Shown in pieces: positions 36,799 through 51,000 of a DNA stretch of 64,000 bases (its first letter is position 1; the number at the start of each line of letters is the position of its first letter). The stretch lies in assembly GCA_964016885.1 (NCBI GenBank), contig OZ024740.1, positions 142,786,001 through 142,850,000 on the forward strand. The letters run 5' to 3'. Both the position numbers and the translations under genes were made by a program. The DNA comes from Eledone cirrhosa. Its lineage: Eukaryota. A model generated the notes under the pieces. The model was not told the origin of the DNA. It searched no databases and was given only the letters and a program-made list of their open reading frames with translations.

Positions 36799-39700
36799 AA
36801 TGAAAAATGGCGAGCTGTGTTATTGCAAATAGGATATATATATAATAAATGAAGAATTAGAAATAGAAGCCAGGAATATCCATCATCAGTGGTCTACTAG
36901 CCATCATAGGTATTTCTTCGCATTACAGACCATATACCTCAAGCTAGGGCGATACAATAACTAAAATAAGTTATTGCGATAAAAAAAAGTTGGGTGGAGA
37001 AAGAGAGACAGGTAAACAAAAATGGTGAGGCAACGTAAAGAGAGAAAAAAATGAGAAAATCAAGTCAATAATTCATTTTGAACATAAGAACTTGTGAATA
37101 TTGACGAGAAGGCAAAGACACATCTTGGCAGTGCAGATATGAGCGAGGAAAGAATCTCGTATGGTGTGGGACGATGGAGGAAGTGAGAGAGAGGGTGAGT
37201 AGCAGAGAGTGAGTGAGTGAAAGTGTGTGGAAGAGGCTAGCCGAGAGAGAGTGGCTAGCAGAGGGAGTGAGTGAAAGTAAGAGGGAGAAGGAGAGAGAAG
37301 GGGGAGAGAGAAAGAGGATAGCAGTAAAGGAAGAGAAAAAGACAGGATATATACATATATATCCTCATCAGCACCGTTTAGCATCCATTTTTCCATACTA
37401 GCATAAGTTAAACGAGTTGTCCTGCTGTGAGACAAGCCAGATCAGATGACCATGTCTTGCTCATACAGAACTATTTCTGACTTGATTTCTATGGTTGGAT
37501 TCCCTTCCTAACACCAAACACATTTACAGTGTCAACTGGATGTTTTTTGTCATGACACCTACACTACCACTTTACAGTGTCCTACACAACCACAGTGTGG
37601 ACTGTAAAGTGGTTGTGTAGATCTCACGACAAAAAGCGCCCAGTCCACACTGTAAACTGGTTGTGTAGGTGTCATGACAAAAAGCTTCCAGTCCACACTG
37701 TAAATGTGGTTGGTGTTAGGAAGGGCATCAAGAACTCCCAATGCTCTTCTATACTGAATGTCACTATTTGTTCTTCCTTACTGCTGTAGGGCATCGAGCA
37801 AAATATCTCTAAATTTGTTACTGGCTGAAGGCTCTTTCAACTTCCATATCCTCCTCCTCCAGGTTGCTCTCTGTCTCCAAGTTCATATAGCTCTGATAAC
37901 GAGGTCACTAACAACTAGATTATGTTGGGAGGTGCATTGCTTGCCAGGGAAGGATTTTGTGTTTACCACTGTCACTCTATCTCACCCTCTGGTAAGGATA
38001 AAATCTAATTAGCATGTTCACCTGATTTATAGGTGATCAGGTAGTTGTCAGGTTTTTCCAAGTTTGTGTTACATATTGATAGGTCATTGGCGTCACAGAA
38101 TTCAAGGCGCTAGAAACCTTCTTCATTTCTTGTGCCAAACATGTGGCCACCATAGACTCTGTAGAAGCCGTCACAGTGTTTTCCCACATGTCCAATAAAG
38201 TCTCCTGCATTGATTATGAAGTCAGTGTCATTCGTTAGGGTAGCAGAATGCATCAGGAATTCATAAAACCTATCTTTGAGTTTGTCTGTCAACCCAGATC
38301 AGACAACAGAACAGCCTGCTCACGAAACTTATGAGCATTCCACAAGCACATACACCCCTAGCCCCTTAACATATTTCTCAGAGAGCTTCAGCATGACACA
38401 GTGTGTGCGACAAGGCTGGCATTTTAAATTGCAGATAAATCCTTTGCCAGTTGAGTGGACTGGAACAATGTAAAATAAAGTGTCTTACTCAAGGACACAA
38501 GGAATCAAACTCACGACCATACACTGAGAAGATGAGCTCCACCAGGTTTTCAAAAAGATCCCCTAGAAACACTATATGTTAATATGGCACCCCTATGACT
38601 CTGTCAGAAAATGGGAGGAGGAAGAGAAACAGTAATTCCAATATCTTAACATTTCAAAAACAGCAACACTGAAGAACTGAAGGAGGTAACTTACCATCTT
38701 CTATGCTTAACTTCATAAAACGCAGGCCTTCACTTTTAGCATTACCAAAGAAGACTTTTAATTCCGGAGAAGCTATGGACAAAATGAAACAGATATTGGA
38801 AAACAGTTCAGAACAAATAAAATAGAATGAAAAAATACTACCAATTTAAAGATTTTATTTCTCATTTAATGGAATCATTATCCCGCCGAGGTTAACTTTG
38901 CCTTTCATCCTTACAGGGTCAATAAAATAATGTACCAGTGATGCACTGGGTAATAGTTGGCCTTGTGCCAAAAGTAGAAACAATTATTATTGTTATTGTT
39001 GTTATTATTATTATTTGTGACTTGGATGGCCAACCTTAACCCTTTAGCATTTAAACAGGCCGGAATTCTCCCACATCATGTTATTTATTTTGACAACAAT
39101 ACCTTAACATCAGTATGAGTGGCCAATTACAGTCAGTTTGAACAGAAAGAGGTGGGAGAATTCTGGCCAGATATGGTTGGTTTAAATGCCAAAGGATTGA
39201 GGTTAGCTATCCAGGTCACAAATAATAATAATTGTTTCTACTTTTGGCACAAGGCCAGCAATTACCCAGTGCATGACTGGTACTTTATTTTATTGACCCC
39301 GCAAGGATGAAAGGCAAAATTAACCTCGGCGGGATTTGAACAATAATATAGGCACGAGGCCAGCAATTTTGGGGGAGGGGAACGTCGATTAAATTGACCC
39401 CAGTGCATGACTGGTACTTTATTTTATCGACCCCGTAAGGATGAAAGGCAAAGTTAACCTCGGCGGGATTTGAACTCAGATCATAAAGGGCCGTAACTCT
39501 ATGCTGCAAAGCATGGCGTCCGACCCTCTACCAATAATGCCAATCGACCGCCCTAATAGTAATAACAACAATAAAAATAACAAGGATTTAATATTCCTAT
39601 CTAATAGAAACTTTGTTTTAAATCTGCTTTTATTCATAACTAATTGCTTGCTGCCAAAAAAAAACAAGAATTTTACACAACTAATCAACTACTCCGCATA

Positions 39701-42700
39701 TGCATTTCCGAATAAAAATAACATTCTTCTTTTAAAAAAAAAAAATCTCTTCAAAAAACCTTTTTATTTCTTATTGCTGAAAAAAAATTCAGGCTTATTT
39801 AGCACAATTAAGTAACTGCTTTGTTTGTACATCCCCTGATATAAAATAACTTTATCAGTATTTCTTTAAAATTTTTTTTTTTAAAAACATTTTCAATTTC
39901 TTTACTGTATTGACTATGATTCTTGTGCTTCTTTGGGACTCTCATCATCAAAATCCCGAATTAATGCCCTGGTGATGCTTTAGTATCATATGCTAATATT
40001 GAAGTTGAAATGCATGTAAACATTAAAAAATGCTTTGAAGTGCCTCATTAGTTGTCAATTGATTTTAATAAAAAAAATATGTATGTATGAGAAGAGAGGT
40101 TGCCCCAAGTTGACCCAACAGAGTCAGCACTAGTATAGTAAGGCAATCAAGGATATGAAGACAGGCAAGGCAGCTGGACCTTCGGGGTTTGTTGCTGAGA
40201 TGCGGAAAGCATCTGGAATAGTGAGTCACACTATAGTCACCCGCAATTGTAAACCAAGTAATACTGGCGTAGCAGCATCATTTTCAACTGCTACAAGAGC
40301 AAAGGAGATGCTCTAGACAGAGAAAACTATAGATACATTAAGTTGGTTGACCAGGTTATGAAGGTCACAAAAAAAGTTATAGCATAATTGATTAGGGATC
40401 AAATTAACCTAGATGAGATGCAGTTTGGATTTGTAAAAATACTACAGATGCCCTCTTTCTTGAGAGGCAACTGCAGCTGAAGTAACTAGCTCAACGTAAA
40501 CCCCTCTATTTGGCTTTTGTAGACCTGGAGACAGAGCTTTTGACAAAGCACCCGTTCCATTATTTAGTGGGCTCTTAGAAAACTAGGAGTAGACGAATGG
40601 CTTGTGAGGGCAGTACAAGCCATGTATAGAGGAACAGTCAGCAAGGTCAGGATTAACAATGACTATAGGGAAGAATTTAGTGTGCCGGTCGGTGTACATC
40701 AGGGGTCAGTTCTGAGCCCTCTCTTGTTTATTATTGTCCTACAGGCTAAATTTTAATATCGATGATCCCATATAGGGATCAATGGGATCATCGATATTAA
40801 AATTTAGCCTGTAGGACAATAATAAACAGGAGAGGGCTCAGAACTAAGCCCTGATGTACACCTACAGGCTATAACAGAGCAGTTTAAGACTGGCTGCCTT
40901 TGGGAACTCCTGTATGCAGATGACCTAACCCCTATAGGTGAATCTATGGTAAAATTAGAGAGGAAATTCCAAACCTGGAAGCATGGCTTAAAATCAAAAG
41001 GTCTTAAAGTTAACATGTCAAAAACCAAAGTTCTAGTGTGTAGAAAGGAATACAGGGCCCAGATTCTCTCAGGGAAATGTCCTTGCTAAGTGCACAGAAA
41101 AGGAGTCGGTAGAAATTACATCCTATGTCACAAAGACAAACTATGAGTACACAAGAAAAGTAGTGGGATCTCAAGTGGGCTGGCAAAAAACGTAGGTTCT
41201 TACATGTGGCCGACGCACATGTGCAGTAAGTAGCAAGAGCCCACAGGATACTAGCTTCTTCAAATGCCCAGAGGGCTCTGTAGAAGTAGTAGATAGTTTC
41301 TGTTACCTGGGTCACCAAATTAGCAGTGGAGGAGGGTGTTTCGAAAGCACAGTAGCCGGAGTGAGAATGGGTTAGAGAAACTTCAGGGAGTTACTACTGC
41401 TACTAACTATAAAAGATTTTCCCTCAAAATGAAGGGCTGCTTATATGATGCATGTTTATGGGCTGCAATGCTGTATGGTAGTGAAATCTGGTTGCTGTGT
41501 GCAGGACCTGCAAAGATTGGAAAGAAATGAAGCTTCCATGCTTCAAGGGATGTATAATAGTAATATACATGAACAGCACTGGCCCTCTCACTATAAACCT
41601 TTCCCACACAGGTTTCTTCTTTAGCGTGCACTCCCAAAGCCCTGCGACGATGGGCGAGAGGAGGAGCTAACCTCTGGGAGTTGCCAGTCTGACTCCGGTC
41701 TCTTCCCCTGCCCCCACTGTCCCCGGACCTGCAAGTCAAGGATCGGCCTCCACTGCCATCTTTGTGCCCACGGCAGACGGGAACAACAATAAAGAAGATG
41801 CCATCATCGTTTACGATGGACAACCAAGAGAGAGACATGAACAGCAAAGCATAAATGAACTGAGAAAGAAATTGGGCATAAGAGGGATCAGCTGCAGTGT
41901 GCAATTGCACAATTGCACCTCTCTAGTATGCACCACCTAACCCTCCCATACACCTCCCACATCATAACAACCCACCCCTCACCCATGTCGCTAGATCTAC
42001 CCCCTCAATCTCCATGCACTTCTCCACCCAAGTCCCCAGTCCACATTGTTAAGCGGTCATTTTGGTGCCATGACAATGAGCACCCAGTCCACACTATAAA
42101 GTGGGTCTAGTAGGTGTCACAACAAAAAGTGCCCAGCACACATGGTAAAGTGGTCGTGTAGGTCTCATGACAAAAAGCACCCAATCCACACTGTAAACTG
42201 GTCATGTAGGTTTCACGACAAAAGCACCGAGTACACACTGTAAATGTGGTTGGCATTAAGTAGGGCATCAAGCCAAAATCCATTCTGTATGAGCAAAATA
42301 CGATCATCTCAATGGGACAGCTTGTCTAACCCATGTTAGTGTGGAAAATGGACATTAAACAGTGATGATGATGATATATAAATGTATTTTTTGTATGAAA
42401 TACATATGTATCTTTTCTACTAATGTATTGAGTACCTTGTTTAATCATAGTTTCTTCCCAATCCCCTTCAAAAAACATTCTTTATAATGTATTATATATA
42501 TATACATACACACACACACATGCATGTGTGTGTGTATACTTTGCACTGACATAGCAGATGGTGACATTTTTTGTGTTCTGCAGCTCAGTGATTTAACTTG
42601 TAATAGTCAGTACTTTACTTGAAAACAAATAAAGGTCAACATCAGGAAAGGCATTTGGCCATAGACTACTGCCTCAAAAAATCTCATCCAACCCATGCCA

Positions 42701-45004
42701 GCATGGAAAAGCAGTTGTAAAAACAATGATGATGATGATGAAATGAAGCTTTCTTTCATTACTTCAGGTATGAAATGTTTTAATTTGCAGCATAATTCAT
42801 GTGTATCCTGGTTTTAAGGATAGCTGTATTCTTATGGACCATAAGAGATGAGTAAAAGAACTGACATTAGGAAGAGCATCAGGCTGTAGAGCACTGTTGT
42901 AAGTATTCTTATCTAACTCATGCTACCAAAGATAAGTGATTGTAAAAATGATGATGATGATGATTTGACTTATATATGCAAACACTAAATAAGTGATTGG
43001 CAGGGTGAGGTGGGGAAGGTAATGTTATATTTATTAGATTGACAAAGAACCCAGCTTAGAACACACAGGCCACCAGCAATGTTAACTCTAACATCCTGTA
43101 ACACAATTGCATTTATAAGACAATTCTTGTAAAGTACAAAGCAGCACTATAACTGCCACACATTAAAAGCCTTTACGCTAATTGCCAATTTCCCCAACGA
43201 TCTGCCCACTAGTATAGATATTATAAACTATAAACATTAACCAACCTATTTTTAAGTATTTTCTGTTAAATCATAATAGGATGTTAAGAGTTAATCACAG
43301 GAAACAATCAAACCAAAGTAAAAAGGGCGTGGTTTAGAGATTTCTTTTTTTTTAATCAATAAATTTACAAACAAAATAAATAAATGAATACAGGGTCTTT
43401 AGAGTAAACGTTACTCAATAGAGTGCATAGCTCACTCCAGGTAGGAGTGTTTGAGGACACTGCCCCTATGGTCCTTTCAGAAAGGAGGAGGAGAAGAAGA
43501 AGACTGTGCTCTGAGTTCAAATTCCACCTGGTCCTTTTGAAGTTGATAAAAAAAGTACCAGTCAAGTAATGGGATCAATTCTTCCTCTATATTTCTTTCT
43601 CACTTCTTCTCTATTACTCTCTCTCCTTCTTCTCTATTACTGGCTCTGCCAGGTTTAAAAAATGCCCACAAAATACCATGTGTCACTGAAGTGCCCCTAC
43701 AACTCCACTAGAAGTTATAGGTCCATACATATAACATTGTGAATAGTAATATATTGAATAGTAATATACAGGATGTTAGTATGGTGGATAGTAATACAGT
43801 GGATGGTAATATAGTGAATAGCGATAAGCTTCTGGGCTGGTGACAGACTTTAGACTTGAACTTTTAGACTTAGATATTGTTAATATAATTGTTTCTACTT
43901 TAGGCACAAGGCCAGCAATTATCCAGTGCATTACTGGTACTTTATTTTATCGACCCCGTAAGGATGAAAGGCAAAGTCAACCTCGGCGGGATTTGAACTC
44001 AGATCGTAAAGGGACGTAACTATGCTGGAAAGCATGGCGTCCGACCCTCTACCGATACTGCCAATCCACCTTAGATATTGTTAATATAATGGATAGTAGT
44101 ATAGTGAACAATAATAATTCTTCTTCTTCCTAGTATGTAATGAATAGTATGTGTTAGACCTCCATCAGTCCCTGTGATGAGATTTCCAGTTGTTCAAACA
44201 ACAGAACAGCCTGCTCATGAGATTAACATGGAAGTGTTTGAGTATTCAACAGACACATGCATCCTTAATGTAGTTCTGAGGGTGAGTCAGTGTGACACAG
44301 AGTGTGATAAGGCTGGCCCCTTGAATTACAGGTACAACTCATTTTTACCAGCTGAGTGGACTAGAGCAATGTGAAATAAAGTATCTTGCTCGAGAACACA
44401 ATGCAATGCCAAGAATTGAGTTCATGACCTTATGATCATGAGCCCATCACCCTAATCACTAACCCATGTTCCTTCACTGAATAATATATAATGAATAGTG
44501 TATTGTGAATGATGGATTCATTGTCAGTTTCAGCAATGAGCATTCAGTTGTTCCATCAATTGACCTCCCAACTTGTAAATTAACATGTAAGTGGTTGAGT
44601 ACTCCACAGGCATGTGTCCCCTTAATGTTATTTGCAAGATGAATGAATCAGTATGACAGTGTGAAAAGGCTGGACTTTGAATTATTGGTAAAATGCATCC
44701 AATGAGCTTCCATAGTTTCCATCTAGCCAATTTCACTCACAGGGCTTGAGAGTCAACCTTAGTCTATGCAAAGACACTTGCAAAAGATGTCTATCAGTGG
44801 GTAACCAAGCTCAGGATCTCATGATTGTGAAGCTTGTGAACTTCTTAACCACTCAGCTATGCCTGAATGAACAGTATAGTGAATGGTATAGTAAATAATG
44901 AGTTTACAATTGTTTCTATCCAGAAAAGACTCATTAACTTCCTTTAAACATGTCAATCAACAAATACATATCATTCTATAGTTGTTTAACATTCCAATTT
45001 ACTA

Positions 45005-45058
<54 letters not shown>

Positions 45059-48000
45059 CTATATGTGGATGTGCCAGTGTGTATGCATATCTGCCTGTGA
45101 GCTTGTGCGAGTGGTGTATGTGTGCCTGTCTATGCATGTGTGTGTGTGTGTGTGTACATGTGTGCCTGAAAGTGTGTATGTATGCAGCTATATATGAGAG
45201 TATGTGTGTGTAAGTGTGATTATAACATGAAACTTGTGGTTTTATTTTTTTTAGGATTTTTTTTATTCTCAATAACATTTAATTTGTCAAAACTATGTCA
45301 TTTCCTATCTGTTCATTATCAACATCATTATCACTATTATCATTATCACTATTACCATTATCATTATTGTGAGGGTGGTGATGAGGGCAGTTGACTGACA
45401 GAATTGTTAAAGTATCAAATAATTGCTTTACAGTAATTGTTCTGTCTTTTTATGCCCCGAGTTCAAATCCTGCCGAGGTCAACTTTGCCTTTCATCCTTC
45501 CAGGGTCAATAAAATAAAGTACCAGTCAAGTACTGGTGTCAATCTAATTGACATTCATCCTCCCTTAAAAAAACTGCTGGTCTGGTGCCTGCGTTAGAAA
45601 CCATTATTTTGAGGGTGGTGGATTGGCAGAATCATTAGTGTCATCAGAATTCTTTGTAGTATTTGGTTATGGTTCTTTACATTTTAAATTCAAATCATAC
45701 TTGAGATAAATTTTGTCTTTCATCCTTCCGAGGTCAATAAAATAAAGTACCAGTCAAGTATTAGGTCATTCCTATCCCCTTAAATCACTGGCATTGCACC
45801 TAAAGTAGAAATCATTAGAGCATCGCACAAAATACTTTATGCCGTTTCAGATCTTTTGTGTTCTGAGCTCTAATTCTGCCAAGATCCTCTTTGCCTTTCA
45901 TCCTACCAGACATGATAAAATAAAATACCAGTTAAGTACTGAGGTCGATTTAACTGACTTTCCCCATCACCAGAAAATTGCTGGCCTTGTGCCTAAATTA
46001 GAACATCATTATTATTGTTATGGCAGTAGAGACACAGAAACTAGAACATCTAATTAAAAGCTATTTAATGTTTAATTCTATCCATCTATGTTCTAAGTTC
46101 AAATCCCACTGGTGTTGACTTCATCTTTCATCCTTCTGAGATTAATTAATTTGCATTTCAATCTTCTGGGGTCAATAAAATAAAGTACTTGTCAAGTACT
46201 AAGTCAATTTAATCAACTTCATTCTCACCCAAAATTGCTAGCCCTGTTCCTAAATCAGAAACCATTATTATTGCTGCTATTGAGCAGTATATTAATAGAA
46301 TTGTTAGAGCATCAGACAAAATGCTTTGTATTTGTTCCAGTTCTGTATGTTTTGAGTTCAACTTAGCCTTTCATCAGTCTGGGGAAATGGGTCAATAAAA
46401 TATAGATTCACTTTCATGTGTCATTTTTGTATACAACCACTCTTTAGCCAATCATATCACCACCAGTACTTTTTTTTTATATCTAATATTTATTTTATTG
46501 ATATTTATTTGTAGAATCGCTGAGTTAGTGAACATTATCTAACAGCAATGTAAATGCAAATATGAAGTTACACATATATATGACAGGCTTCTGTAAAGAT
46601 TCCATCGAGTAAATTTCACTCGTAGGGCATTGGTCAACCTGAGGCTATTGTAGAAGACAGTTACCCAAGGGGTCACGCAGTGAGATGGAACCCAAAATAA
46701 TGTGGCAGAAAAACAAACTTCTTAACCACACAACCATTCCTGCACCATATATTACAACTGCTTTTTATCTTGTTTATTTTTTTTTCGCCTTTTAATTTTA
46801 ATGTTTGCTCATTTATCATATTTACCCAAATATGTCCTAAAATCAGAAAAATAATTAAATTTTATACAAATATCATGATCAAATATATAGGGTCAAAACA
46901 TTATTTTGTTTTGTTTTGTTATCCTTTTTACCCCAGTTCCATCTTATATTATCTGCATTATACTGTCTTTCTCAACACTCTCTATTATTTATTACCTATC
47001 TCACAATACCATTTTAAACAAAGACAATTAGGAGACAATTATTATCCTTACGGGGTCGATAAAATAAAGTACCAGTAATGTACTGGGTAATTGCTGGCCT
47101 TGTGCCTAAAGTAGAAACAATTATTTATAATTAGTAAGAATCATACCACCATGTTGTATGAAATATCTCCAAGATACAGTCTACAGTTAACTCACAGAAA
47201 CATGACATAAATGAATGGTACCAATCAGAAACTGAACGATGGTATCCTGGCTGGTGGTTCAGTAATTGCCAGTTTCTGAACAGCATGCACCTACAGAGGC
47301 TTATAGGTGCTGCATTTGAAAGTATGTGACATAGTACCTGTTGGCTTTCAGTTACCCAAACAAAAGTGAAATAAAATATTAACCGGATTTATGTGGAGTC
47401 TATGTACATTAAAGAGAACTCTATAATCTTGTTGAGGGCATGACAATCACCCCATTGCTGGTGTCATGATAAAATGTACCTAGTACTATCCGTAAATTTG
47501 TAGGTGTTAAGAAAAGCATGCTGTTGTAGAAATCATGCCAATATTTGGAGTTTATGAGCATGAAATGGTTTCCTGACCCATTAATGAGAGCAGTAACTCT
47601 GAATATGAACTGGTGCATACCATGAGAACCTATCCAGCCTATGTCAGCATGGAAAGCAAGCATAAAATGATGATGATCATCATCATTATCATTATCATAT
47701 AGTTTAAAAGGTTGGCCAGGAGCTCAGAACAACTCTACAAACTTTCAACAAAGCAATATTTTCAATATGTAACTATACTTCAAAAAGAACACAAATTATT
47801 CAGCCAAGCATGCTTGAGGTGCAGTTCTCATGGCCAAGTTCTACCCAGAAGTTTCACATTTCAAATCAATTTTAGTTGAAACCATTCTGCCACTTCAACT
47901 CATTCACAAAAGAGAGAACAAGTATGCTAAACTACTGGTGCATCACAACTATACAACAAACACATACTGAAACAATCAACCTGTAAATTCAAATGTTCAA

Positions 48001-51000
48001 TTGCTGAAAGGAATTTTTTTTTAATATGTAGGAAAGATATATGAAGAATGTTACTTCATAGGAATTCGCATCATTCCATTCATAAAAGTTTATATCAATG
48101 ATTCATCCTTATGGAGAATGTAATAGAAAATTGTGAGGAAAGTCACATGGAACCTCTATTACACACACAGAGACACACACATCTTTATATATAATAGGAT
48201 AAATGTTTATTCAAAACACAGACTGGTGTGACAAAGTAAATCTAGTTTAATCTTTTGGTGTCATCATTAATGGATAATTGTGGATTAATGGATAATCATG
48301 GATGATTAGCCAGTATCAACAAAACTTGAATACCAGTAAACTAAGATATTTATAATAAATATGACTCTACCACAAGTATGAAGTCACTACATCAGTATAT
48401 GTTGGTTGCCATCTATAAATCTATAACTAGACACACATACACATGCTAGGGCAAGAAATAAAATTCTAATTTTATTCTCTTGAGAATTGCTTGCATGGCA
48501 AACTCATGATCAGTCAGTCATCGGTGCAAAACCCATGGCCAGTCATGACAGGAGGGTGTAGGTAGATGAATGGGTTATGAGAGCTGAGCAAACCATATAA
48601 AACTGTGTTGGTGGATGCTAGTAATGAGTTCAGTGTGGAATTTAGCATAAAAGCCTCAGTTCTTAGCCACCCACTGTTTCTTATATACAATTCTTCATGT
48701 TGCAATACAGTGGGAATTCATGTTTGCTGACAACCTATTTCTCATTGCCGACTCATTTCCAAATGTGAAAGTAGAGCCTCGAACTACATACATGGTCAAC
48801 ATAACAAGACAAATGTTTTAGTTAGGTGAGAACACAGAATTCTACTTTTTTCTAGAAAGTGGACAATGTGCAGAAAAAGTATAGGTAGGAACTCTATACT
48901 GAGTACCCAATGGAAATTTTGTGCATAAATAGGGCAGTATGGTCAAGCAGGTTAACAGAAAAGGACTGCAGTGTTAGGATGTGGTGGAAAGGTTCAGTGA
49001 ACCATTACCTCTGTTGGAAACAAAAGATCTCTTTCCTCAAGTAAAAGGTACTGTGTATAATACTTGTTTGCAAAGGACGGAGTAGTATGGTAGTGAGATA
49101 TGGGCACTGAATGTGGAAAACCGTGTTAGGGCAATAAAATGAACATTCTCTGTTGGATGTGTAATGTTAGCATGTATGAACGACAGAGTGGAGAGGGACT
49201 GAAGGATAAAAATAAGGATCACAGACAGGACTGTACTGGTACAGACATGTGATACATTTGACAGTTAAGTGATGAAGAGATCAAAAGTGGAAGCTTAGAG
49301 TAGAAGACAAAAGAAAGCATGGGAAGAAGTGATGATGGATTAACCTCCCAAGGAAATAACAAGGAGCATCAAGTGGTTAAACTGGATCAACCCATGCCAA
49401 CGTGGAAAAAAAAACGAATAGAAAACAATGATGAGCTAAGAACAGATAGTCCAATACCTTAGCTACATGGTTTATAAATGAAAGAAAGTTTATAATATAT
49501 TTTGACAAAATTATTAATAAATACTCCAGCTAAGATCTGCATCCTTTTTTAAATGCCCATCATATTTTGACAAGATGTTCAATATATATATTTGTGTGCT
49601 AACTTATTTACTTGAAAGTGCTCTTGAGTCAAATATAAAAATATAATTATCATACTAACTAGAGGAGTTGGTAGAAAGTACAAGTGACTTATTATAAAAT
49701 TAGTTAAATGTTTTTTCAGATATGCATAAAAGAAACAGTTATAACGTAACACAATAAAGAATGCCGACGGAACGAAAAGGGCGGGGGCCGGAATTGTAAC
49801 ATATCCGAGTTGCTAGACACGATTATCGCTTTCCAATGGTTCGATCGCTATTCCAAGCTATAAGGGCTTGCACAGGCACCACTGACCAAGGATACTCAAC
49901 AACAATCTTGACGCTGCCGTTCGACCTGCTAGAAACAGCAGTCAAAATCTTCCTCAAACCACACCCCGCAATCTTAATTTGATACCGTAATCCTAAGCGC
50001 ACTATGTCTGCTTAAAAGATGGGTTGGTCACAGTTGAAATATCTTGGATTTAGGTCTGCATATCAGGGCAGACTTAGGGATAAACAACAAGGTGCATTGC
50101 GAAACAGTTCACTGAAACTTTTGTTAGTCGTTTATTTTGTTTGTGTAAATCCTAATTAATAATTAGTTAAATCAAGAAAAAATTCTAACGAAATGAAAAG
50201 AATTTATTTGGTGGAATAAGTAAAATAAATAAATGAAAAATAAATTTTAAAAAAAGAACTTCACACCACCCACATACAAAAATTAGTGTCGATCACCAAA
50301 TTTATTTTTGGACTTTTCCGGCGACCCAATTACTTTACACAGTGTAAAGTAGATAGCACCTCCAACTCTCCATTCCTGTAGACTTAGCTGATAACAAGCT
50401 TTTTCTTTTCTTTTTCATTATGAAATATTCTCTGAGTTTATTCAAAATCTGTCAAAACACTATTGGCATTAGCAACAACAGAGAAACATCAACAAGAGAT
50501 CTTAACTAATCGTTTCACTCACGCTTTCTCTCGTTGTGTGTGTGTGAGAGAGAGAGAGAGAGGGTGTGTGTGAGTGTGTGCGTGCGTGTTTAGAAATTTA
50601 ACCAGAGTCCTCTTTCTCTTTCATAAGTAACATAAGAGGCTTATCAAAGACCGGTGTTTTTAGAATTGTGTTAAGTAAAACAAATAGATAAATAAGTGTA
50701 AACATTCAGAATCCAATGAGACTCATTTGTGGTGTGCGTAAACATCATCACGTTATTTATGTCTGATGAGACATTCAATAAATTTCAGCAACTGATTATA
50801 TGTTCTCGTTGTTACTAATATTAATAAATAATTAGAAGACTATTTATTATGTACTATAAACTACAACGTTTATATTTGCCATTCTGACTGTGTTATGTCC
50901 CACGAAATTCAGCTATCGATAGTATATTCCTGTCAGATTTTGATAAAATAAATTACGAGATGGCCAAACACACATTTCTTTAAGCCAAACAAAAGTTTCA

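Noticed and set aside
49740-50620. Possible internal promoter (GGGCGGGG box, GA/GT repeats, donor-like GTGAGT near 50520)
   Set aside because: Motifs are too short and common to support a call without CAGE or RNA data.
50757-50774. Minus-strand ATGTCTCATCAGACATAA (MSHQT*) echoing twinfilin exon 1
   Set aside because: Stop codon after five codons and no donor site; the true exon 1 at 53635-53659 fits completely. Probably chance or a tiny relic.
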